From Telmatocola sphagniphila (GTDB taxonomy: Bacteria > Planctomycetota > Planctomycetia > Gemmatales > Gemmataceae), in assembly GCF_018398935.1 (NCBI RefSeq), contig NZ_CP074694.1, positions 5,070,001-5,102,000 on the forward strand: a stretch of DNA of 32,000 bases, in the 5' to 3' direction. Position 1 is the stretch's first letter; each line of letters begins with the position of its first letter. Below, one piece after another: positions 1 through 8,679 of this stretch. The notes under the pieces were generated by a model. The model worked only from the letters and a program-made list of their open reading frames with translations, made no database searches and was not told the origin of the DNA. Both the position numbers and the translations under genes were made by a program.

Positions 1-3000
1 AGTTCCCGACGCTCCTGCGAAAGTAGCACACGCGGCATTATCGCTGAACTGGTTGTAAGCCAGCATCAGAGAGTAAGCCGAGCAGGTTCCCTGCACGGGT
101 CGGGGCACACTTTCGATTGCTCCGGGCACCGAGTTGTTTGCGGTATCGGTTTCGTACGGCGTGATTTCCAGACTGCTGCTGGCATTATCGATCACGTACT
201 GCGGGAAGTAGAGCGAGTTGATGATGCGATTGTAGTCCTGGCACAAGGGTGCACGCACCGCGTTGTAGTAGCCGTTGTAAGTCGTGCCGCTGTAGCTCCA
301 CGTGGGGATCGAGAAACCAATCACCGAAACGAAGTCGTTGGGGTGGTTGTTCTTGATATCCGAAATAGCCGTTTGCACACCTGCTTTAAGCTGCCACATC
401 GGCGCCTCGTGAGAAGTTCCCGGCGACCAGAACTGCTGGCAGGCGAAGTTCTCGATGAAGTCCCACATCGTCAAGGGACCGAACCAGAAGCGCGTAATCG
501 GCCGTCGCGGATTGTCGCGGTAATCCATATACCGCTCGTCGACGATCGTCATGCTGACCGTGTTGCGTACTCCACCCGGGTTAGCGGTATAGGCCTGAGC
601 CTCATACCGACGGGTAGTGATCGTTTCCGTACACGGCTTCGGAGTAATGCTCGCTTTGTACGCCGAAACCCCGTTGGTTACGAGAGGAAATTGATTCGAC
701 GAGGACGGAGTAGTCACATCGGGAATTTCGTCTGCCCCGTAACCTTGAAAACCACTCGCATTGATCGTGCTCCAGCTGCCGTTGGAATTTTGCTTCCAAC
801 CCAGCACGAAGTCGATGTATTCCTTCCAGAAGCGCTGATCGCGCTGGGCCTGAGTGGCAACGGGCATATTACCGCTCGGATTGGTGATGGTAGTCGGAAT
901 GCTGCTGTAATAAAGAATGCCCCCGGCCCGCATACGAGGCGGGAACGGATTGGGTCCGGTGTTCTGCAACCAGTACAGAATCGCATTGTAGTTGAAGGTG
1001 TAATAGTAACTGCCATAGGCGTTACGAACCGCTTCCCCAGCCGCGCTGTAGTTCGTACCTGCTTTCGTCGAAACGTAATTTGCTGTCGTCGAAGGTTTTT
1101 GTTGGAACGGACAAGGGTCGAAGTTGGTCGTGACCGCGTACTCCGAACCCGAAGCGTAGCTCGTCCCTTCCCAACCGCTGCTATTGATCAACGCAGGCCA
1201 AGTCACCGACGACGAGGGAGCTCGCATGCCGGCATAGTTCGAACTGCTGATGTTGCTTTCGAAAATCACCGCGTTGTTATTCACACCCCCGGTGACCGTA
1301 TAAGCCAAGGGTGATGGATTCGAAGGCGGAGGTGTGGTTGCCGTTGTGTTACTGCTCGAGGAAGAGCTACTCGAAGAACTGCTGCTTGAGGAAGAACTCG
1401 AGGAACTACTACTGGAAGTCGAGCTGCCTGTAGTGCCAGTGGTACCTGTAGTACCAGTGGTACCTGTGGTGCTGGACGAACTACCCGTTGTGCTCGGAGG
1501 AGAGGGCACCGTAACAGTCGTGCCCGGCAGGCTCGAAGCCTGGAACGATTGAATGAAGAATCGCTGTCGCCAGTCCTTCGCATCATTATTCGCCGCGACG
1601 TTACCCGCCACGGAAGGACCGCGCGGATCGGGTGGCCAGATGAAGAAGGTTTTGCCCCAGAAGCTCGGCCCCATGGTGTAGCCGTTGTAAGTGCTGCCGT
1701 AACCGTTGGTTTCCCAGTTGGAATTGGTTTGAGCCACGCGGGCTTCGACCGTCTGACTGGTCCAGGCGTTGGTCTTATAGTTCCAGATATTGGTGGTTTG
1801 GACCGTACCGACCATATTCACAGTCGGAGCAGTAGTAATTACCGGATCGCCGAAGCTGACCGTGGTGCTGCTGTTGGTATCCGGCACGGGAGAGGGCAAT
1901 CGCGAAATCGAAGCGATTTTTCCGTCCGTCGCACCCAGAGCGTTGAGACTGGTGTTGGTATGGTTAGCGGAGTTACTCGTGTTTTTGATATAGTAGTATC
2001 CCGTTCCACTTTGCGGGTTACCGCCCCCATTACTGGTCGAACCGTTATTGTAATTTAAAGAGTATCCGCTGGTATCCAGCATACTCCAGATCTGGTTCCC
2101 GGCAATTTCATTCACATTGCGAACCGGATAGCTGCTGCTGGTCGTCAGGTACTGATCGCCGGGTGGAGCTGTGCAATACGAAGAGGGAGCGCGAGTAAAA
2201 GCAGGAACCGAATTACCGTAGGGTACGTTATCCTGAAAGAAGTCATTGGCGCAAATTGAAGGATTACCGCTCGTGGTGTCGAACGACATATTCCCGGTCC
2301 CGGCATATTCACCAGAAACCATTTGGACGTTAATAGTGGGAGGGTTGTAAAGAACGAATCCCGTTGAACTATTCGTGTTGGAATACGGGCCGAAGCGCGG
2401 ATAATCGGGATCGGCATTCATGCTGGTGGTTCGAGCTGCGATCGCGGTACCGGTCGAAGTGGTGAGTGGAGTGGCCATCTGACTGTCAAGCGACATCGAG
2501 CCCGAAAAATCGATGATCATGGCGACGTCGCGCGGCCGGTGAATCGCCGTCGCGGTAGCGCTCACATTCACGCTGTTGATTCCGAAAATTCTGGCGAAAT
2601 AAGTCGGAGGTGTCGTGTTGATAGTGGATTGGACGAGAGTGTACGGGTAACCCGATTGAGTTGTGGAACCAGTATCCGAAGGATAGGCGACGAAACGGGC
2701 CGAGCTTCGATTGTAGTAGTACTGACCCAGCGCCAGTGTCACCTGCCCACTAGTAATAGTCTGACCTAGAACCGAACTGGACAGCGCCGCCGTCTGTGCT
2801 TCCGGTAAAGCCTTCGCGGAGTTGAAATTGGTTGTTGGATCGCCCGTCAATTGACGAGTACCTGCCAAGGCTGCGGCATCCGCCGCCGCCTGAGCCTGAG
2901 TACGAGCGACAAGCAATACACCCACGTCGATGGCTAAGGCAACGAAACTTAGTAGTCCGACGAGACTGATTGCCACTAGAGGTATAACGGCCCCGCGCCG

Positions 3001-3033
3001 TTGAACTCCAGAATGTTCGATACGCCTAAACAT
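1..3033 (-). CDS. TadG-like Flp/Tad pilus-associated protein with a von Willebrand factor A (vWA) domain; partial, 3' end runs off the left edge (>=1011 codons)
   Basis: Absent from the supplied ORF track because there is no stop in the window. My translation of the minus strand from ATG 3033..3031 stays open to base 1 (3033 nt, in frame at base 1). The N-terminus [58 protein letters not shown] matches the TadE/TadG-like N-terminal anchor pattern. Residues 169-180 ([12 protein letters not shown]) carry a DxSxS MIDAS motif at 2497..2511. The gene lies directly downstream of two TadE-like genes on the same strand. Confidence 0.8.
   Translation of the reverse strand, partial: [1011 protein letters not shown]
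1427..1480. repeat. 18-bp tandem repeat (about 2.5-3 units) inside the Ser/Thr-rich linker of the TadG-like gene
   Basis: cctgtagtgccagtggta (1427..1444) and cctgtagtaccagtggta (1445..1462) are followed by a degenerate third unit, cctgtggtgctggacgaa. On the minus strand they encode repeated TGTTGT units. Confidence 0.7.
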
Positions 3034-3102
3034 GCTTCGTCCTCTTATGATGTCTGACAAGGTGTTGCGCCGGGCGCCTTGTTGATATCTCAATTCCGTA
3101 AA

Positions 3103-3594
3103 TCAGTTACCTTCGCTGCACATAACGCAGCTCGTTGTAATGCTCGTCAAATTCGTCATGTTCAAAAACGTGGGCAACACGGGTTTATAAGTTCCCGTCA
3201 CCGTCACACAAATGTAATCCCCAAAGGATGTCTGGTCGAAGGTGGCCGCCGAAGTGGAGGCAGAAACCACGTTCCCGTACTGATCGGTGGGCTGACCATA
3301 TACGTTGGTTTTGTAAACCGTGACAGTGACGTTGGTGAGCGAACTACCCATCTGGCTGACGAAGTTCGCCACGTTCTGCTGCACGTTCGTGACCGAAATT
3401 CCGGTCTGAAGAGTGTCCGTTCGAGCCAGAGCAAAACGCGTCCCTTCCCGAACAGCATTCTGAGTCACATTCAGAGCCATGACATACCGGCTCCATTCGA
3501 TGATCCCGAAAATCATCATGAACACAACGGGGGCCACCACGGCGAATTCGACCGTGGTTGCTCCGCGACGCTGCTTCGATTTCTGTAATCGCAT
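3103..3594 (-). CDS. TadE-like pseudopilin (Flp pilus assembly minor component)
   Basis: The track ORF is 3103..3627. The N-terminal pattern RRGATTVEFAVVAPVVFMMIFGIIEW is the TadE signature. I prefer the ATG at 3594 (MRLQKSKQRRG...). It sits 9 nt after an AAGAGGAG Shine-Dalgarno-like run and does not overlap the upstream gene stop at 3611. The earlier in-frame starts do overlap that stop. Confidence 0.8.
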   Translation of the reverse strand: MRLQKSKQRRGATTVEFAVVAPVVFMMIFGIIEWSRYVMALNVTQNAVREGTRFALARTDTLQTGISVTNVQQNVANFVSQMGSSLTNVTVTVYKTNVYGQPTDQYGNVVSASTSAATFDQTSFGDYICVTVTGTYKPVLPTFLNMTNLTSITTSCVMCSEGN

Positions 3595-3610
3595 CAAAAC
3601 CATCTCCTCT

Positions 3611-4273
3611 TTATGGCAGCGGTCCACCCGGAATCGTCGTATTAACGGTGATGGGTATATCTTTCATGCATAACCAGGTTTGCTTCGCGTAAACGGTGGG
3701 ATTGGCACCCAGGAAAAAGAACAAGTTACTGGGAGACCACCGGGCGAAACTGAACGGATAGGCGACACTCACCTGCAACACGTCATACTGCTGCACCGTA
3801 GAGTCGTTGCAGGGATCGTAAGAGGGTGCGCTGCCAGACTGAGTCACAGCGACGATTTGTGAAATTCCGGTCGAACTGTTGGGTGTCACTTGGGCTGTAC
3901 AAGTCACGCCACGCGTAACGTTGGTGACGGTAATGGTGATGATCGCTCCACCGGTACCCGACATCGGCAGGCCCGAGTTTTGCATGTAATTGGCAACCGC
4001 CGATTGCACCTGGAAGGTCAGGGGACCACTATTCGAACTGAATTGGTTCGGGGTTTGGGTTAATATCGAAGAAGCGTTGTAAAGACCGGTTGCGGCCAGT
4101 CGCGCCCCCTCCCGCGCGGAATTCGATACCATTTGGGTGACATTTAGTAATTGTCCCACTTCCCAAATTCCGAACAAAAGCAACATCATAAACGGCAGCA
4201 CGACGGCGGTTTCGACCGCAGCAACACCCCGTCTGACATGGCCTTTGATCTGTCGCATTCGCATGGGTTTCAT
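3611..4273 (-). CDS. TadE-like pseudopilin (Flp pilus assembly minor component)
   Basis: N-terminus MKPMRMRQIKGHVRRGVAAVETAVVLPFMMLLLFGIWEVGQ: a basic stretch, then the xVExAxxxP motif, then a hydrophobic helix, as in the TadE N-terminal domain. It is the first gene of a three-gene minus-strand operon. Confidence 0.8.
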   Translation of the reverse strand: MKPMRMRQIKGHVRRGVAAVETAVVLPFMMLLLFGIWEVGQLLNVTQMVSNSAREGARLAATGLYNASSILTQTPNQFSSNSGPLTFQVQSAVANYMQNSGLPMSGTGGAIITITVTNVTRGVTCTAQVTPNSSTGISQIVAVTQSGSAPSYDPCNDSTVQQYDVLQVSVAYPFSFARWSPSNLFFFLGANPTVYAKQTWLCMKDIPITVNTTIPGGPLP

Positions 4274-4561
4274 CCCCGTTTTCGATCCTATTAAGGCACT
4301 TTCGCGCTGATAGCGTAATGATCTAGTTTCAACCGTAGATCAGAATTTCGGGCTGTCAAACAAAGTTGAGATTTCGTTCTTTAACGAAAAATCCTTGACG
4401 CCCGGGCGCGATTTTTAGATGCCAAAATTCAAATCTGAGCCCGATTCGCTTGTGATTGCCGCAATTATACCCGCGCGGTTCCGGGCGATCCTAGAGTTAA
4501 ACTGGGTATCTTGGGCCGAAAATCGACCAGTCGTCATTTCTGAACCAAGAAAATCCTACTC

Positions 4562-4591
4562 TTGACAGAATTGGCACACTCGTCGTATCCT
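4562..4591 (+). promoter_or_regulatory. candidate sigma70-like promoter for the ketosynthase cluster
   Basis: TTGACA (4562..4567), an 18-nt spacer, then TATCCT (4586..4591), about 110 nt upstream of the GTG at 4703. This is a pattern match only, and promoter consensus in this lineage is poorly known. Confidence 0.25.
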
Positions 4592-4702
4592 TCCCAATCG
4601 CACTTATGAGAAAAGCTGGCTTCCAAGGCATCCCATGAGCAACGAGGCATTCGGATAACATTGGAACACCCGCTTTAAGCATCCTGAGAGAAAGGATTCT
4701 CC

Positions 4703-5485
4703 GTGATTGCCAAGATTGTCGCGAACGGAAGAAATTCCGCACCACGTCCCAGCGAATCCACGCTTTGCATTGGTATTGGGGCGATCGCCCGAACGGCGGT
4801 TAGCTTCGAAAAATTGCCGGAATTGCGAAAAGAGCTCTCGCTTCGCTTCAAGGATACCCTCACCAGTTCTGTCGTGAAGAATGCAGATGAGCAAAGTCTG
4901 GTGGCGCTATCGGCCATGTCGGAAGCCATACAACAGATGCCGATGCGCAGCGCCGCCGACTGGGGGGTGATTGCCACCCCGCGCTATTTCGGTCGTTCGC
5001 GCTGCGCCGAAATGATTCGCAAGTACCGCGATCAGGGGGCCTGGAGCGCTTCCCCCCATATTATCCCGCAGTGCATGTTGCATTCGCTTTCGGGTCTTCT
5101 CAGCCAGGCCTTTGGAATCACCGGGCCCAATATCGGGGCCGGCGGAAGTCGCGGCGGAGAACGCGAGGCCCTGCTCGCCGCGTTCGGCTGGCTCTCCGCC
5201 GGGAAACTTCCTGGCGTCTGGTTGATCATGACCAGCTGGGATAGCGAGGAAACGGCATACTCCAGCGGAGTTTGCCATGCGGTTGTTGTCGCGTTGAAAT
5301 CTTCCACGACCGGATCGACGCGGCTGCGGCTGAAACCCGCGGGATCGGGAGAAAATCTCGAACCCTTCTCGCTGGAAAGTTTGACCGATGAATTGACGAA
5401 CGAATGGAGCCGGCCGGTGACCTGGGATATGAGTCATGTCGGTACGCTCCATCTAGAACCCTCCAACCAGTTTCAGATTGTCTGA
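4703..5485 (+). CDS. Ketosynthase-like protein lacking the catalytic cysteine (chain-length-factor / ApeC-like partner subunit)
   Basis: 260-aa ORF with a GTG start preceded by GAGAGAAAGGA. The segment ...SPHIIPQCMLHSLSGLLSQAFGITGPNIGAGGSRGG... aligns by eye with the KS region that normally ends in xACxS, but no Cys is present there. The protein is short, roughly the N-terminal thiolase half. It sits immediately upstream of a complete KS. Confidence 0.6.
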   Translation: MIAKIVANGRNSAPRPSESTLCIGIGAIARTAVSFEKLPELRKELSLRFKDTLTSSVVKNADEQSLVALSAMSEAIQQMPMRSAADWGVIATPRYFGRSRCAEMIRKYRDQGAWSASPHIIPQCMLHSLSGLLSQAFGITGPNIGAGGSRGGEREALLAAFGWLSAGKLPGVWLIMTSWDSEETAYSSGVCHAVVVALKSSTTGSTRLRLKPAGSGENLEPFSLESLTDELTNEWSRPVTWDMSHVGTLHLEPSNQFQIV

Positions 5486-5521
5486 GGCTTAAACCTTTGC
5501 CCTCCTTGAGGCCGAGCTCGC

Positions 5522-6760
5522 ATGGTAAGTTCTCACTTACGCTTTCCGACCGATCGCACCTGTATCACGGGGATAGGTGCCGGTACGCCTTTGGGTTGGG
5601 ATTTCGAATCGATATCGCAGAATCTGCTGGCGGGTAAATCTGCCGTGCGGGAGATCCTGGGTTTCGACGTCGCGAACCATCCTTCGAAGATCGGGGCGGG
5701 AATCGCCGATGTGCCGGTGCCGCCCGGTTTCAGCGAGGTTGCCTTCCGAAGCCGTTCCCGACTCGAGCAACTCTGTCTGTTCTGCGTGCAGGCTTCGCTG
5801 CAGGACGCCGGCCTGTGGCAGAAGAAAGACCAACTGCGAATCGGACTGATTATCGGCAATGCTTCCGACTGCATGTGGCACTGGGAAGAAGATGGCCTGA
5901 CGTTCATGAAAGAGGAATACTGTCTGGCCAAGAGAGATCGCCCGCCCTTGGTTTCGATCATACAAAAAGAACTGGGCATCCAGGGACCGGCCACCGTTCT
6001 GTCGGCGGCCTGTGCTTCCGCCAACTTTGCCTTCGACATGGCCCGGCAATGGCTCGACCTGGGACTGGCCGATGTCTGCCTTGCGGGAGGTTGCGATACC
6101 GGCCTGACGGCCGTGACGCTAGCCTGCTTCGGTAACCTCCGGGCGCTCTCTCGCAACAACGAAAATCCTGCCGGGGCTTCCCGACCATTCGACCGGGGCC
6201 GCGATGGCTTCGTTCTGGGCGAAGGGGGCGTCATGTTCGTTCTGGAAAAAGAAAACCGGGCTAAGAGCCGTTCCGCTCCGATTTATGGCAACGTTCTCGG
6301 TTGCGGCTTAACCAGCGACGCCCACCATATGGTGATCCCCAATCCGGAACCGACTCAGGCGGCCCGGGCCATTCGCATGGCCCTCGAAGAAGCCGGGCTC
6401 AATCCTGATCAGGTCGATTATGTAAATGCTCACGGCACCAGCACTCCAGTCGGCGATGCCGCGGAGGCGAAGGCCATCCAGATGGTGTTCGAGGAGATCA
6501 CTCGAATCGTGCCGGTCAGCTCGACTAAGAGTATGACTGGTCATTTATTGACAGCCGCCAGTGCTCTGGAAGCTTTGGCTTGTCTAACGGCGTTTCGCTA
6601 CAGCGCCATCCCGCCGACAATCAATCTGCAGGACATAGATCCTGATTGTCAGCTAAATCACGTCGCAAATCACGTCCAGGAACGCAAAGTCAAAGTAGCC
6701 TTGAGCAACAGCTTTGGCTTCGGTGGGTCCAATAGCTGCCTGGTGCTGGCCGCCGCGTAA
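5522..6760 (+). CDS. Beta-ketoacyl-ACP synthase family protein (FabF/KAS II-like, complete Cys-His-His triad)
   Basis: 412 aa. Active-site Cys in LSAACASANFAFD, first His in TSDAHHMV, second His in VNAHGTSTPVGD, and the C-terminal SNSFGFGGSNSCLVL motif. Confidence 0.9.
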   Translation: MVSSHLRFPTDRTCITGIGAGTPLGWDFESISQNLLAGKSAVREILGFDVANHPSKIGAGIADVPVPPGFSEVAFRSRSRLEQLCLFCVQASLQDAGLWQKKDQLRIGLIIGNASDCMWHWEEDGLTFMKEEYCLAKRDRPPLVSIIQKELGIQGPATVLSAACASANFAFDMARQWLDLGLADVCLAGGCDTGLTAVTLACFGNLRALSRNNENPAGASRPFDRGRDGFVLGEGGVMFVLEKENRAKSRSAPIYGNVLGCGLTSDAHHMVIPNPEPTQAARAIRMALEEAGLNPDQVDYVNAHGTSTPVGDAAEAKAIQMVFEEITRIVPVSSTKSMTGHLLTAASALEALACLTAFRYSAIPPTINLQDIDPDCQLNHVANHVQERKVKVALSNSFGFGGSNSCLVLAAA

Positions 6761-6874
6761 CCGGAATTGTTGGAGAAAAGTTTGACGGCGATTTCCCGAT
6801 CGCCCGAATCTGTTCGTGAGTCGCCTTGGTATAATGCCTCTCAGCGCTCCATTTGCAAATCCATGGACTGAGTG

Positions 6875-8548
6875 ATGTTCCGTCGATTATTACTTCGCAC
6901 CGCCGGGCGATTGGTGGCTCGACCCATTCGCCGTCGTCTCAATGCCTTCGTTGCAACCACGCATCATCCGGAAACCGCTCAGAGCGATCTGCTGCAGCGA
7001 ATCATTGCCAAGCAGCGGGACACTGGCTTCGGCCGCGATCACGGCTTCTCCACCATTCGTACGGTCGAAGACTTCCGCCGACAGATTCCGGTTGCGCCCT
7101 ATGAATACGTCGCCCCGTACGTTCAACGGGTGCAAAAAGGGGAAACCAGCGCGCTGCTGTCCGATCCGCAGGTACTGATGTTCGCCCTCACTTCCGGCAC
7201 CACGGCCAGCCGCAAGATGATCCCCATTACTCAGGACTACCTGGACGATTATCGCCGGGGCTGGAACATCTGGGGACTGACGGCCATGCGCGATCATCCG
7301 GTGATCTCGCTGAAGCCGATGGCTCAGATGGTTGGCGATCCCGAAGAATTCCGCTGCGAAGCGGGCATCCCCTGCGGCAATCTCTCCGGCTATACGGCGC
7401 AAGTTCAAAAGAAGATCGTGCGCGGTCTGTACACTGTCCCGGCGTATACCGGAAAAATCAAAGACCCGGTTAGTCGATACTATGTGGCTCTATTGTGTAG
7501 CTTGCGCCGAAAAGTCGGCATGCTGATGGCCGCTAATCCCAGTACGCTGGTGGCACTGGCCCGGGTCCTCGATCTGCACAAGGAAAACCTCCTCCGGGAT
7601 CTGGCTCAGGGCACCCTCTCCAACAACTTGGACATCGCCCCCGAATTGCGCGCAGCCCTGGCACTGCGACTCAAGGCCGATCCGGCTCAGGCAAAAAAAC
7701 TGGAAGCCATCGCCCAGCGCGAACCTGTGTTCCTTCCCAAACATGTCTGGAAACCGGAAGAACTGATGATCGGCTGCTGGACCGGCGGCAGCGTGGGGCC
7801 TTACCTGCGTCAGTTGCCCGATTACTATGGCAACACCCTGCTGCGCGATATCGGTCTACTGGCCAGTGAAGGACGGATGACCATTCCGCTGGAAGACAAC
7901 TCCCCGGCGGGCGTTCTGGATATCAGCAGCCATTACTTCGAGTTCATTCCGGAAGGGGAGATCGAGTCGAAGCAGCCGATTTGTCTGCGCGCCCACGAAC
8001 TCGAAGAAGGTAAGCCCTACTACATCCTGCTCACCACCAAATCGGGATTGTATCGGTATCACATCGTCGACCTGGTGCGGATGACCGGTAAATTCAACGG
8101 CACGCCGCTCATCGAATTCCTCGGGAAGGGAAACCGCTTTGCGAATCTGACCGGGGAGAAGCTCAGCGAACATCATGTCACCCAGGCGATGATTCATGTG
8201 ATGAAGACGATCCCTCAACCGATCACGGCCTACGCCCTCGCGCCGGTCTGGGACGAGAAGCAGCCTTATTACGGGATTTTTCTGGAAGAGCAGGATATGA
8301 AAGATCCGGTGCTGCTGGCCAGCTTCCTGAAGGGACTGGAAGCCGAGTTACGCCGGCAGAACGTGGAATACGATGCGAAGCGGGACAGCGGCCGGTTAGG
8401 TCCGGTACAAGCCCTAAAGATTTCAACCGGAGCCTGGAGCCGCTGGGACAAACAGAACCTCGCCAAGCGCGGCGGCAGCCCGGAGCAATACAAGCATCCT
8501 TGTCTGATTGGCGATCTCGAATTTGTGAAAGAGATCGAGAAGTTTTAA
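6875..8548 (+). CDS. GH3-family acyl-acid amido synthetase (adenylate-forming, ANL superfamily)
   Basis: The three GH3 nucleotide-binding motifs are visible: LTSGTTASRKMIP, LLASEG (compare plant YASSE), and GLYRYHIVDLVRMTG (compare plant GLYRYRxGD). The track starts at GTG 6872; the adjacent ATG at 6875 is equally possible. Confidence 0.85.
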   Translation: MFRRLLLRTAGRLVARPIRRRLNAFVATTHHPETAQSDLLQRIIAKQRDTGFGRDHGFSTIRTVEDFRRQIPVAPYEYVAPYVQRVQKGETSALLSDPQVLMFALTSGTTASRKMIPITQDYLDDYRRGWNIWGLTAMRDHPVISLKPMAQMVGDPEEFRCEAGIPCGNLSGYTAQVQKKIVRGLYTVPAYTGKIKDPVSRYYVALLCSLRRKVGMLMAANPSTLVALARVLDLHKENLLRDLAQGTLSNNLDIAPELRAALALRLKADPAQAKKLEAIAQREPVFLPKHVWKPEELMIGCWTGGSVGPYLRQLPDYYGNTLLRDIGLLASEGRMTIPLEDNSPAGVLDISSHYFEFIPEGEIESKQPICLRAHELEEGKPYYILLTTKSGLYRYHIVDLVRMTGKFNGTPLIEFLGKGNRFANLTGEKLSEHHVTQAMIHVMKTIPQPITAYALAPVWDEKQPYYGIFLEEQDMKDPVLLASFLKGLEAELRRQNVEYDAKRDSGRLGPVQALKISTGAWSRWDKQNLAKRGGSPEQYKHPCLIGDLEFVKEIEKF

Positions 8549-8679
8549 AATGAGATGAAGTTTATGCGATGGGGTTTAAAATAAACTTTCTCTTATTTAA
8601 AATCTGTTCTTCGCAAGTACTTCATAAGCAATTTCTAATTTTAAACTCCGTCGCCCGGGTCTATCGGAGTTTCAGGTTA

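Noticed and set aside
343-2769. Plus-strand ORFs in the track over the first 3 kb (343..1314, 1549..2058, 2539..2769 and others)
   Set aside because: Their products are Arg/Val-rich and motif-free. All of them lie antisense to the single open 1011-codon minus-strand frame, which has clear TadG/vWA motifs. I treat them as shadow ORFs.
4497-4977. Search for a Flp pilin gene upstream of the TadE genes (minus-strand ORFs 4497..4745, 4604..4894, 4675..4977)
   Set aside because: None has the short hydrophobic Flp pattern with the G/xxxxEY processing motif, and they overlap the KS-like gene or its leader.
8569-8679. N-terminal extensions given by the track for the DUF1559 genes (8569 start; likewise 30519 for paralog 1)
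   Set aside because: The extensions come from AT-rich or poly-pyrimidine upstream DNA and would bury the prepilin leader. Internal ATGs with GGAG at proper spacing give canonical short leaders.
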